From IMG/VR virus record IMGVR_UViG_3300042922_001182, positions 174,985 through 238,984 of that record: a DNA stretch of 64,000 nucleotides. The stretch is one strand, 5' to 3'. A model generated the notes under the pieces. It was not told the DNA's origin. It saw nothing but the letters and a program-made list of their open reading frames with translations, and searched no databases. Made by a program: the position numbers and the translations under genes. Positions 56,239 to 63,888 of this stretch are shown here, piece after piece. Positions within the stretch are counted from its first letter, which is position 1. Each line of letters begins with the position of its first letter.

Positions 56239-56508
56239 ATGCAGTTCGAGATAGAGGTCAAGCCCCTGGGAGACCTCCCGGTGGTGGTGACCGGCCCCGG
56301 GCGGTACCGCACCAGGGGCGGGCTCCGGGTGGAGGTCTTCGAGGGGCGCGGGACGGGCACGTTCCCCGTAAGGGGGTGCTGGTTCGACGCCGGGAAGGAG
56401 AAGCGCAGCAAGAGCTACCCCGGGGAGTACAGCATCTGGCACCCCTCGGGGCGCTACATGCCCCTGGCGGAGCACCCCCTGGACATCGTGGGGCCTTGGG
56501 AGGGATGA
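56239..56508 (+). CDS. Hypothetical protein
   Basis: SD before ATG 56239. Confidence 0.6.
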   Translation: MQFEIEVKPLGDLPVVVTGPGRYRTRGGLRVEVFEGRGTGTFPVRGCWFDAGKEKRSKSYPGEYSIWHPSGRYMPLAEHPLDIVGPWEG

Positions 56509-57077
56509 AGAGGCACGAGATCTTCACCGAGATGGCCAAGAGGCTCGTCCCCGAGCTGGCTGACGGGATCTCCGTCCAGACCCACGCCGACGGCAGGATC
56601 AGCGCCTACTACAAGAGGACCAGGATGGGGGGCCTATACAGGCCCGGCTGGAACGCCCCGCTGACCTCCAGCAGGGTCGAGGAGATCCTACCCCTGGTGG
56701 CCTTCTCCACCCGCCGCAGGCTGTTCCCCACCCCCGAGGAGCTGTCCGTGCCTCCCAGGGTCTTCTCCATGACCATCACCCCGGAGGAGGAGAAGGAGGC
56801 CATGGAGCTCTTCCTGGAGATCCGCGCCCACGGGGGCTCCTCCGACAGGTGGAGGAGGGCCGCCCGGACCCCGTGCCTGCAGGCCAGGGTCAAGTACCTG
56901 CTGGGGATGGGGCGGTACGACCCGGAGGACGTCCTGGAGCAGTTCTACCGCTACGGGGACTCCGGGATGCCCTCCGGGGACCACATCTGGAGGCGGGACG
57001 TGGACGTGCCAGCGGAGGAGAAGGAAAAGGGGCCCGACTCGGGCCTGTCCCCCTCTTTGGGGGGAGAAAGGAGCTAG
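56505..57077 (+). CDS. Hypothetical protein
   Basis: ATGA coupling. Confidence 0.6.
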   Translation: MKRHEIFTEMAKRLVPELADGISVQTHADGRISAYYKRTRMGGLYRPGWNAPLTSSRVEEILPLVAFSTRRRLFPTPEELSVPPRVFSMTITPEEEKEAMELFLEIRAHGGSSDRWRRAARTPCLQARVKYLLGMGRYDPEDVLEQFYRYGDSGMPSGDHIWRRDVDVPAEEKEKGPDSGLSPSLGGERS

Positions 57078-57081
57078 AGAA

Positions 57082-57501
57082 TTGGAAAGCGATCAGAGGA
57101 TAGTCAGGCCGGGTCAGCCCATCGTGTCCGGCGCTCTCACCATCATGCCGCCCAAGGAGCACAGGACCCTCATCGTGAGGTGCCCTCCCGGGCTCCCCGT
57201 CAAGGCGGCGGACGCCCTCATCGACCGGCGGTTCACCGTGCTGTTCGTGCAGGACAGGGCCCATCGCGGCTTCGTCAGGTACCACTGGGTGGCCGGTTGG
57301 GACTGGCCGGACCTCTGGCTCCTGGACTACCGCAGGGGGTGCTCCTCCGGGTGGCAGGCCGCTGCGGCCCAGGTTGTGGAGGGCAGGCTGACGCCGGTGG
57401 AGAGGTCCCTGTTCCGCGTCAGGTCGATGCCGCACGAGACGGCGGCCCGGATCCACCCCAAGCTGCAGCCCAGCCGCTGGAACTGGGGGTTCGAGGTATG
57501 A
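57082..57501 (+). CDS. Hypothetical protein
   Basis: TTG start after SD AAGGAG. Confidence 0.55.
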   Translation: MESDQRIVRPGQPIVSGALTIMPPKEHRTLIVRCPPGLPVKAADALIDRRFTVLFVQDRAHRGFVRYHWVAGWDWPDLWLLDYRRGCSSGWQAAAAQVVEGRLTPVERSLFRVRSMPHETAARIHPKLQPSRWNWGFEV

Positions 57502-57917
57502 TCAGGATCTACGCGGTCCCCTACGCCAGGGAGATGGTGAACCTCGTCCACGAGGACGATCTGAGGGCGTTCGAGGAGCTGCTGGGCCTGACCCTGGCCG
57601 TCCCCCTGGACCGGGTGTTGGTCGTCTACGACTACGACCTCGGGGAGGGCCGGGTGGAGGAGATGAACGACGGGGACGGGCTCCTGACCGTGGAGGGCGT
57701 CGAGCTGGAGCTGGCGCCCCGGGCGGCCGAGATCCTGAGGGACCTGGAGTCCAGCACCTCGCTGTGCGGGCTGTCCGCGTCCCCCTCCTACGGGATCGCG
57801 GGGATAGCCAACGGCGAGGTGTTCGTGGCGGGCGTCTACGTGCGCCGGGACAGCCTGGAGAGGCTGGCGAGGCACATCGGTGCCGAGATAGTAGAGGAAG
57901 GAATCCAAGAATCATGA
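57498..57917 (+). CDS. Hypothetical protein, paralog of 59634
   Basis: VPYA..PSYGIAGIANGE..GVYVRRDSLERL. Confidence 0.7.
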   Translation: MIRIYAVPYAREMVNLVHEDDLRAFEELLGLTLAVPLDRVLVVYDYDLGEGRVEEMNDGDGLLTVEGVELELAPRAAEILRDLESSTSLCGLSASPSYGIAGIANGEVFVAGVYVRRDSLERLARHIGAEIVEEGIQES

Positions 57918-58540
57918 GCAACGTCACCAACATCGTCCTGGCGACGACCCACGTCTTCCCTGAGGACGAGTTCCAGCCCTTCCTGGAGAGGGTCAACGCC
58001 TACTTCGCGGGGACGGCGAGGCCCGGGGGCTTCGTGGCCGTCGAGGACCCCACCAGGGCGACCGAGATCTGGGCCTCCGGCACCGGATGGGCCCTGGAGT
58101 GCTCCTTCGCGCTGGGCGCCTTCAACCACCTGGACCTGGACGAGCTGGTGGCCCACATCAGGGCCATCGAGGTGGACGACGAGACCGTCCAGCTGCTCGT
58201 CCACCGCCAGGAGGACCTGAACTTCCACGTCGTCGACGTCCACCGCAGGGCTTCCCCCCGGGAGGACGAGCGCTACAAGGCCCTCAACATGGAGCCCTTC
58301 AACGACGCCGACCGGTGGACCCTGGCCCACCTCAGCAGGACCGTCGTGGCCACCACCGGGGAGCTGGCGGCGTACAGGGGGACCGAGTACACCATGCTGG
58401 GGCGGACCCCGGACGACGAGTACGAGCGCGTCGAGCCCGAGGCGGGCTCCCTGTGGCGTATCAGGCTGCACGACGGCGAGGTCGTCAACGCTTACGGCGA
58501 CGAGATCGCCAAGGAGGTCAAGGAAAATGGCGGAGAGTGA
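57914..58540 (+). CDS. Hypothetical two-domain protein
   Basis: ATGA coupling; C-terminal WRIRLHDGEVVNAYGDEI. Confidence 0.65.
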   Translation: MSNVTNIVLATTHVFPEDEFQPFLERVNAYFAGTARPGGFVAVEDPTRATEIWASGTGWALECSFALGAFNHLDLDELVAHIRAIEVDDETVQLLVHRQEDLNFHVVDVHRRASPREDERYKALNMEPFNDADRWTLAHLSRTVVATTGELAAYRGTEYTMLGRTPDDEYERVEPEAGSLWRIRLHDGEVVNAYGDEIAKEVKENGGE

Positions 58541-58832
58541 CCAGCAGGTGGTGAGCGGGTGGACCTGGACGAGGGACCACCTGGACTGCACCCCGATCAA
58601 GGCCAAGAGGGTCTCCGAGGGGTCTATCGAGGTAGTGGAGGCGGACGAGGCCCTCACCCGGATGGGGAAGGGGAGCATCCGCTCGGCGTCGGTGCTGCTC
58701 GACTCCCCCCTGGCGGTCCTCGCCCGCCTGGAGGAGTGGAAGAGGGAGGAGCTCAAGCGGGCCCAGAGCGCCGTCGGGCGGGCCGAGGCGGACCTCGTCA
58801 CCCTGGAGGCCAGGAGGAAGGACCTCCGCTAG
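58527..58832 (+). CDS. Hypothetical coiled-coil protein
   Basis: 101 aa. Confidence 0.6.
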   Translation: MAESDQQVVSGWTWTRDHLDCTPIKAKRVSEGSIEVVEADEALTRMGKGSIRSASVLLDSPLAVLARLEEWKREELKRAQSAVGRAEADLVTLEARRKDLR

Positions 58833-58859
58833 ACTGTAGAGAAAGGACACAGAAAGACC

Positions 58860-59633
58860 ATGGAGAACGATACCAACGACGGGGTCGTCCGCACCGAGGG
58901 GTGGGGCGAGGCCCTGGAGGAGATCCTGGAGGACAGCGTCAACGAGATCGGCCTGGCCGAGATGCACGACAACTCCCCCGGGGAGCCCAGCGGGCGCTAC
59001 GCCCTGGCCACCCGCTCGGGCCTCTGCGGCTACCTGCTGCACGTCGAGGACTTCAACACCGAGGGGGAGCTGTGGGCCAAGGCCCGCGAGGTGGCCGCCC
59101 ACGGGGTAGGGGAGTGGCTGTCCTACATGCCCTCGAACGCGTGGGACCTGGAGGAGAAGCGCGAGCTGCAGTGGCCCGAGGACGTCCTGCGCTGGCGCGG
59201 CGTCCCCTCCGAGGACGGCGAGTTCTGGCCCGCCGACCTGGACGGCTGGTTCGGCATCATCTCCGCCCTCCACAGCGCCGACTTCGCCCTGGAGCTGGCG
59301 GGCCACGTAGCCGAGGGGCTCTCCGGGCTGGGCGTCCTCCTGGACTGCGTCCGCTCCGGGGACGACGTCAAGATGCGCCTCTCCACCCAGGGGTACTCCC
59401 CGGAGGAGCCCACGGAGTGGCGCACCTTCCAGATCGTGGACCTCGGGGCGGACGGTCGCGTCGACTCCCTGGGCGAGCGGTGGCCCGACGAGGAGGGCCA
59501 GCTCTTCGACGCCGAGCAGGTCCTTGAGGCCCTCCAGCAGCACCTCGCCCTCATCGGGGTGGGGCTGGAGTTCAGCGCCCCCGACAGGGAGGGCGGCCAC
59601 GTCGCCTACCGGTTCACCAAGGAGGAGGCCTAG
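58860..59633 (+). CDS. Hypothetical highly acidic protein
   Basis: 257 aa, D/E-rich. Confidence 0.7.
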   Translation: MENDTNDGVVRTEGWGEALEEILEDSVNEIGLAEMHDNSPGEPSGRYALATRSGLCGYLLHVEDFNTEGELWAKAREVAAHGVGEWLSYMPSNAWDLEEKRELQWPEDVLRWRGVPSEDGEFWPADLDGWFGIISALHSADFALELAGHVAEGLSGLGVLLDCVRSGDDVKMRLSTQGYSPEEPTEWRTFQIVDLGADGRVDSLGERWPDEEGQLFDAEQVLEALQQHLALIGVGLEFSAPDREGGHVAYRFTKEEA

Positions 59634-60080
59634 ATGACCAAGGCCATCCACTGCGTGCCCTACGCCCCCGAGACGGTCTGCGCCGTGGACGAGCAGGTCC
59701 CCCTCTTCGAGGAGCTCCTCACGCTCTTCTTCGGGGTGTCCCTCGACCAGGTAGCGGTCGTCTACGGCTACGACGTCGGGCAGGGCCTGGTCCACGAGCT
59801 CTACGCGGACGACTCCGACGAGTTCATACTGACCGAGGGTGTGGATCCCTTCACCGGCAGGATGAAGGATATCGTCGACTCGCTGGAGTGGAAGTGGACC
59901 GGGTCCTGCACCATCGGCCTCGGGCCCTCCTACAGGATCGCGGGCGTCGCCAACGGCGAGATCACCCTGGGGGTGTACGTCCGCAAGGACAGCCTGGAGC
60001 GCCTGGGGAGGTACTCCGGGGTGGAGATCGTCGAAACGGGGAACGCAGACGACGAGGAGAAGGGAGGGGACAATGCCTAA
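59634..60080 (+). CDS. Hypothetical protein, paralog of 57498
   Basis: VPYA..PSYRIAGVANGE..GVYVRKDSLERL. Confidence 0.7.
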   Translation: MTKAIHCVPYAPETVCAVDEQVPLFEELLTLFFGVSLDQVAVVYGYDVGQGLVHELYADDSDEFILTEGVDPFTGRMKDIVDSLEWKWTGSCTIGLGPSYRIAGVANGEITLGVYVRKDSLERLGRYSGVEIVETGNADDEEKGGDNA

Positions 60081-60300
60081 AGGAGGCAACGTGAAGACGC
60101 TGACGATGTCCTGGAGGATCGTCGACGAGGCCAGGGTCAGGGCCGCCTACGCCAAGCTCATGAGCCTCCAGTGGGACGGGGCGGAGTTCGACTCCGTCGA
60201 GAAGATGGCCGAGGAGCTGGTCACCTTCATGGACGTCTGGGGCAAGAACTTCGGCGAGGTGGACTGGCTCGACCTCGGCATGCAGCGGACGTACGTCTGA
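60073..60300 (+). CDS. Hypothetical protein, paralog of 47030
   Basis: MSWRIVDEARVRAAYAKL. Confidence 0.65.
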   Translation: MPKGGNVKTLTMSWRIVDEARVRAAYAKLMSLQWDGAEFDSVEKMAEELVTFMDVWGKNFGEVDWLDLGMQRTYV

Positions 60301-60311
60301 CGGCGATCGCC

Positions 60312-60351
60312 AAAAAAAAGAAGGGACCTGCGAGGGCCCCTTCTTTTTTTT
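60312..60351. terminator. Bidirectional terminator
   Basis: A8-GAAGGG..CCCTTC-T8. Confidence 0.8.
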
Positions 60352-60364
60352 GCTGCAGAACGAC

Positions 60365-60601
60365 CTACCCCTGCCCCGCGAGGTTCTTGAGGACGACGTT
60401 CTGGTGGTAGTCCGCGCACGGGGCGCACCGGCCGCCGCGCATGGTCTCCAGGGGGACCTCGGAGCTGCACCGGACGCACTCGTTCTCCGGGGGCACGTCG
60501 TACGCCTCCGGGTTGCAGTCCTTGCACTTGCCGTCGACCGTCGACGGGACGTCCTGGCCGCAACCGGTGCAAGACACGTTCTCCCAAAGTGAGTTCTCCA
60601 T
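60365..60601 (-). CDS. Small multi-CxxC Zn-binding protein
   Basis: CTGC, CKDC, CVRC, CAPC. Confidence 0.65.
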   Translation of the reverse strand: MENSLWENVSCTGCGQDVPSTVDGKCKDCNPEAYDVPPENECVRCSSEVPLETMRGGRCAPCADYHQNVVLKNLAGQG

Positions 60602-60634
60602 GGTGATGTCTCCTATCTGCCCTCTAGGGGCTAA

Positions 60635-60985
60635 TTACCAAACCGCCTCGCTAGCCTTGGGCTGACCGGGGTAGAGCGGGGTGCCGTCGAGCTTCACCCA
60701 CCGCCCGTCGGCGTAGTAGGCCCCGACCGTCTTGGTCTCCTCCTCGATGCGCTTGAGGCGCCCCGCGTCGGCCTTGATGGGCTTCCCGTCCTGGGAGACC
60801 CGGGTGGCGGTGTGCCCCACCGCGTACCCGACCGTGACCTCCCCCTGGGGGGTGGCGACCTTGCGGGCCTGGACGTGGTCGAACGCCACGAAGTCCACCG
60901 TCACCCGCCTGCACCCCCGGTGCCCCTCGATCCACAACGGGGCCTTGTAGAAGGTGGGGGCGTCGTTCCTGAGCTGGTCGTTCAT
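60635..60985 (-). CDS. Hypothetical early protein
   Basis: SD AAGGAG; 116 aa. Confidence 0.7.
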   Translation of the reverse strand: MNDQLRNDAPTFYKAPLWIEGHRGCRRVTVDFVAFDHVQARKVATPQGEVTVGYAVGHTATRVSQDGKPIKADAGRLKRIEEETKTVGAYYADGRWVKLDGTPLYPGQPKASEAVW

Positions 60986-61045
60986 GCTCGTTCTCCTTCG
61001 CTAGCTATTGTGGAAAAATAAGAGGCCTGCTAGGGCCTCTTACCT

Positions 61046-61231
61046 CTAGGGGACGACGGTGATGGGGGTGCTCTGCCAGCACTCGGGGCACTTGCCCGAG
61101 GGCTCGGTCGCCATCCCGTGGCGGGCCCCCTCGCCGCCGGTGAGGCGCACCTGGGGGACGCCCACGGTGGAGGTGACGCGGCTGAGGTCGTTGAGGGCGG
61201 CCTGGAGGCCGGGGTTGAACTTGGACTGCAT
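61046..61231 (-). CDS. Small early protein
   Basis: SD AAGGAG; bipartite early promoter at 61272-61302. Confidence 0.6.
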   Translation of the reverse strand: MQSKFNPGLQAALNDLSRVTSTVGVPQVRLTGGEGARHGMATEPSGKCPECWQSTPITVVP

Positions 61232-61271
61232 ATCTCTAATCTCCTTCTACAGACTGTGGGTTATCGTAGGA

Positions 61272-61302
61272 ATAATATGTGTAGACCCCTCCGCTAGATT
61301 CG
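61272..61302 (-). promoter_or_regulatory. Bipartite early-type promoter CGAATCT-N16-CATATTAT
   Basis: Reverse complement, exact 16-nt spacer. Confidence 0.75.
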
Positions 61303-61311
61303 GTTACGACG

Positions 61312-61323
61312 AACAACCCCATA
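61312..61323 (+). promoter_or_regulatory. Late-type promoter AACA-N6-TA
   Basis: AACAaccccaTA. Confidence 0.7.
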
Positions 61324-61347
61324 CCGCAGAGAGGAGAGGCTAGACAG

Positions 61348-61668
61348 ATGTTACACGAGTACTTCATGCTCCAACCCCCCAAGGGGCGCCCAGCCCCCTC
61401 CGACCCCAAGGACGGCGAGGGGCACCTCCCCTCGGTGCTGAGGTCGCTGGCCCGCATCAGGGGGGTCCCCGCCTCCAGGGTGGACCCCGACCTCCCGTTC
61501 GAGGCCTACGACGGCGGCCCGACCGACCGCGTCGAGGCCCTCATGGCGGCGGAGTCCCGCCTGAGGATCGAGATCCCCGACCACTTGGCCGACCAGGCCA
61601 CCACCCCCCGCCGTCTCGCCGGGATCATAGGGAATATCGAGTCGAACAAGCAGCTGTACAGGCATTAG
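61348..61668 (+). CDS. Acyl carrier protein-like protein lacking the Ppant serine
   Basis: GV....V....F.....D.VE..MA.E....IEIPD..A....T aligns by eye with AcpP; DSL replaced by GPT. Confidence 0.65.
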   Translation: MLHEYFMLQPPKGRPAPSDPKDGEGHLPSVLRSLARIRGVPASRVDPDLPFEAYDGGPTDRVEALMAAESRLRIEIPDHLADQATTPRRLAGIIGNIESNKQLYRH

Positions 61669-61679
61669 GAGGATACACC

Positions 61680-62912
61680 ATGTCCAAGGACAAGAAGAAG
61701 CGGAGGGAGCCCAGGCACCTCTCCAAGGAGGAGGTCCAGACCTTGATCATCCTGCCCCAGCAGGAGGTCACCCTCGCCTGGGTCCGGGGGGTGCTGGCGT
61801 CCACCTCCCAGAGGGAGGCCCGGTACCTCCCCAACGACACCCTCACCCTCCCCAAGGGGAGCCTCCCGGGGACGTCGGGCAAGCTACCCGCCTCCGACCT
61901 CAAGACCACGGTCGGCAGGCTCATCTTCAACCGCGCCGTCGTCGAGCCCCTCGGCTACGACGTCCTCGGCTACAGGAACGAGCCCATGGGCAAGCCCGGC
62001 ATCTCCAAATTGGACAGGGACGTGGCCGACCTCCTCCTGGAGGGGAGGGTCACCGCGCCCCAGGCGATCGCCCACGTCGACCGGCTCCAGTGGCTCGGGT
62101 TCTCCGCGTCGGCGTTCGTCAACCCGTCGCTCTCCCCCTGGCTCGTCGTCCCCCTCCCGGAGGTGGAGAAGCGCAAGAAGGAGCTCGTCAAGATCCACGA
62201 GGAGGCCATCCAGGCCGGTGACGTCTTCAAGGCCGGTGAGATCGAGGCGGAGCTGTTGAACCTGGCCCGAGGGATCCTCAAGGACGACCCGAGCTACGCC
62301 ATCTACGCCTCGGAGAGTCGCGGGGACTTCAAGAACAACTACAAGAACACGGCGGTGATGCGCGGCGCCATGCGCTCCGGCGTCGACGGCTCCTACTCGG
62401 TCTCCAGCGCCAACCTGGCCGAGGGGATCCCCCGGGGGGAGTACGATAAGTACGCGGACATGGCCGTGGAGGCGTCCTACGGTCGAGCCGTGCAGACGCG
62501 GATGGGCGGGTACGAGGCCAAGAAGCTTTCCGCCGCCTTCCAGTCCGTAGTTCTGGGCGAACCGTCTTCCGACTGCCTCACACGCGGGCTCCTGACCGTG
62601 GACATCACGCGTGAGAATGCGCCGGGGTTCAAGTACAGGTTCGTGAAGGAGGGCAACCGCCTAGTCGAGCTTACCCCCGACGTCCTCCAGACGTACATCG
62701 GCAGGTCCGTCCAGGTCCGGTCCCCCATGTTCTGCCGGGGCGAGGCCCTGTGTAGCCGCTGCTCGGGCACCCTCTACCACCGGATGGGCATCCGCAACGT
62801 GGGGCTCCTGAGCAGCCGGGTGGGGACGCGAATCCTCAACCTGGCCCTGAAGGCGTTCCACGACAGCTCGGTGAAGACCGCGAGGCTCTCGGTGGACAGG
62901 TACGTGTACTAG
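61680..62912 (+). CDS. rpoC: Phage multisubunit RNA polymerase beta-prime subunit, C-terminal part
   Basis: Bridge helix GRAVQTRMGGYEAKKL, SDCLT, and RSPMFC....LCSRCSG Zn site; split-gene size typical of phiKZ/AR9-like phages. Confidence 0.85.
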   Translation: MSKDKKKRREPRHLSKEEVQTLIILPQQEVTLAWVRGVLASTSQREARYLPNDTLTLPKGSLPGTSGKLPASDLKTTVGRLIFNRAVVEPLGYDVLGYRNEPMGKPGISKLDRDVADLLLEGRVTAPQAIAHVDRLQWLGFSASAFVNPSLSPWLVVPLPEVEKRKKELVKIHEEAIQAGDVFKAGEIEAELLNLARGILKDDPSYAIYASESRGDFKNNYKNTAVMRGAMRSGVDGSYSVSSANLAEGIPRGEYDKYADMAVEASYGRAVQTRMGGYEAKKLSAAFQSVVLGEPSSDCLTRGLLTVDITRENAPGFKYRFVKEGNRLVELTPDVLQTYIGRSVQVRSPMFCRGEALCSRCSGTLYHRMGIRNVGLLSSRVGTRILNLALKAFHDSSVKTARLSVDRYVY

Positions 62913-62916
62913 GGAG

Positions 62917-63183
62917 GTGATGACGATGTTCTACGACGAGCAGAGGCCGGTGGCCTGGGCCGGGGCCGACCCGGACCCGTTCCAGGCGCTCTTCGAGGAG
63001 CTCACCGACGGGCTCCCCGAGCGCCCCATGGCGATCGTGAGGGACTGGTGGGGCGGCAAGTGCATCCAGAGGTCCTCCGACCCCGAGCCCGCCATGGCGC
63101 CGGAGTACGCGGGGTACACGCTGGAGGAGCGCCGGGAGGCGGCGAGGATTGTGACGTACCTGGCCTGCAGGGGCCTGGGGTAG
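62917..63183 (+). CDS. Hypothetical protein
   Basis: SD GGGAGG; 88 aa. Confidence 0.55.
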   Translation: MMTMFYDEQRPVAWAGADPDPFQALFEELTDGLPERPMAIVRDWWGGKCIQRSSDPEPAMAPEYAGYTLEERREAARIVTYLACRGLG

Positions 63184-63210
63184 CTGAGATAGACTAGGAG
63201 GTAACGGGAT

Positions 63211-63777
63211 ATGGCCGAGAGGGTGGTGGACGGCAGGACGGAGCGCCTGTACGTCCTTCTTACGAGGACGGGGAGCCTGGTGGGCGAGCTGGTGATACAC
63301 CCGTACACCCAGCAGCCCTACGGGCACGTGTCGCTGGCTTTCGACGAGAGCCTGAGGGACGTGTACTCGTTCGTGATGGTGAAGGGCTTCGTCAAGGAGA
63401 CCCTGGCGGCGTACCCGCCCGACACGACGTACTCCCTGTACGAGCTGAGGGTCACGCCCGCGCAGAAGCGGGAGGCCCGGAGGCAGGTGGAGGCGCTGTG
63501 GCGCAGGCGGCACAAGCTGGAGTTCAACCTGATGGGCATGGCCACCGGATTCCTGCTCGGCAGGCCCGTGGAGAACAAGGACGCCATGTTCTGCAGCCAG
63601 TTCGTGGTGACGGTCCTGAAGGCGGCGGGCGTGGACTGCTTCAAGAAGCCCGCGTACATGACCACCCCGTTCGACGTGGTGGAGAGCCGGGAGTTCCGGT
63701 TCGTGTCCAAGGGCAGGCTCAGGGACCTGTGGGAGGGCGCCGACGGCGACCCCCGGGAGGACGTGACCAGGGCATAG
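63211..63777 (+). CDS. Permuted papain-like (YiiX/YebB NlpC/P60) amidase
   Basis: YGHVSL (His) precedes MFCSQFV (Cys). Confidence 0.8.
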   Translation: MAERVVDGRTERLYVLLTRTGSLVGELVIHPYTQQPYGHVSLAFDESLRDVYSFVMVKGFVKETLAAYPPDTTYSLYELRVTPAQKREARRQVEALWRRRHKLEFNLMGMATGFLLGRPVENKDAMFCSQFVVTVLKAAGVDCFKKPAYMTTPFDVVESREFRFVSKGRLRDLWEGADGDPREDVTRA

Positions 63778-63789
63778 GCCCGACGAGAA

Positions 63790-63824
63790 GACCCCAACGA
63801 CCTTCGATAGGTCGTTGGGGCTTT
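63790..63824 (+). terminator. Terminator-like hairpin
   Basis: CCCCAACGACC/GGTCGTTGGGG stem. Confidence 0.6.
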
Positions 63825-63888
63825 CGTACACACATTATGGAGGTGAGACTGAGATACCCACACCCCAACCGAGACCAAGGAGGCGACC

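Noticed and set aside
224-60089. Many long antisense or alternate-frame ORFs (for example 11478..13352 -, 32152..34371 -, 8835..10340 -, 58518..60089 -)
   Set aside because: Shadow ORFs expected from high GC3 codon bias; no SD, unnatural composition, and they overlap well-supported genes
61680-62912. Intron or intein in the RNAP subunit (common in AR9-like phages)
   Set aside because: Motifs are contiguous at expected spacing; no intein splice motifs or interruption
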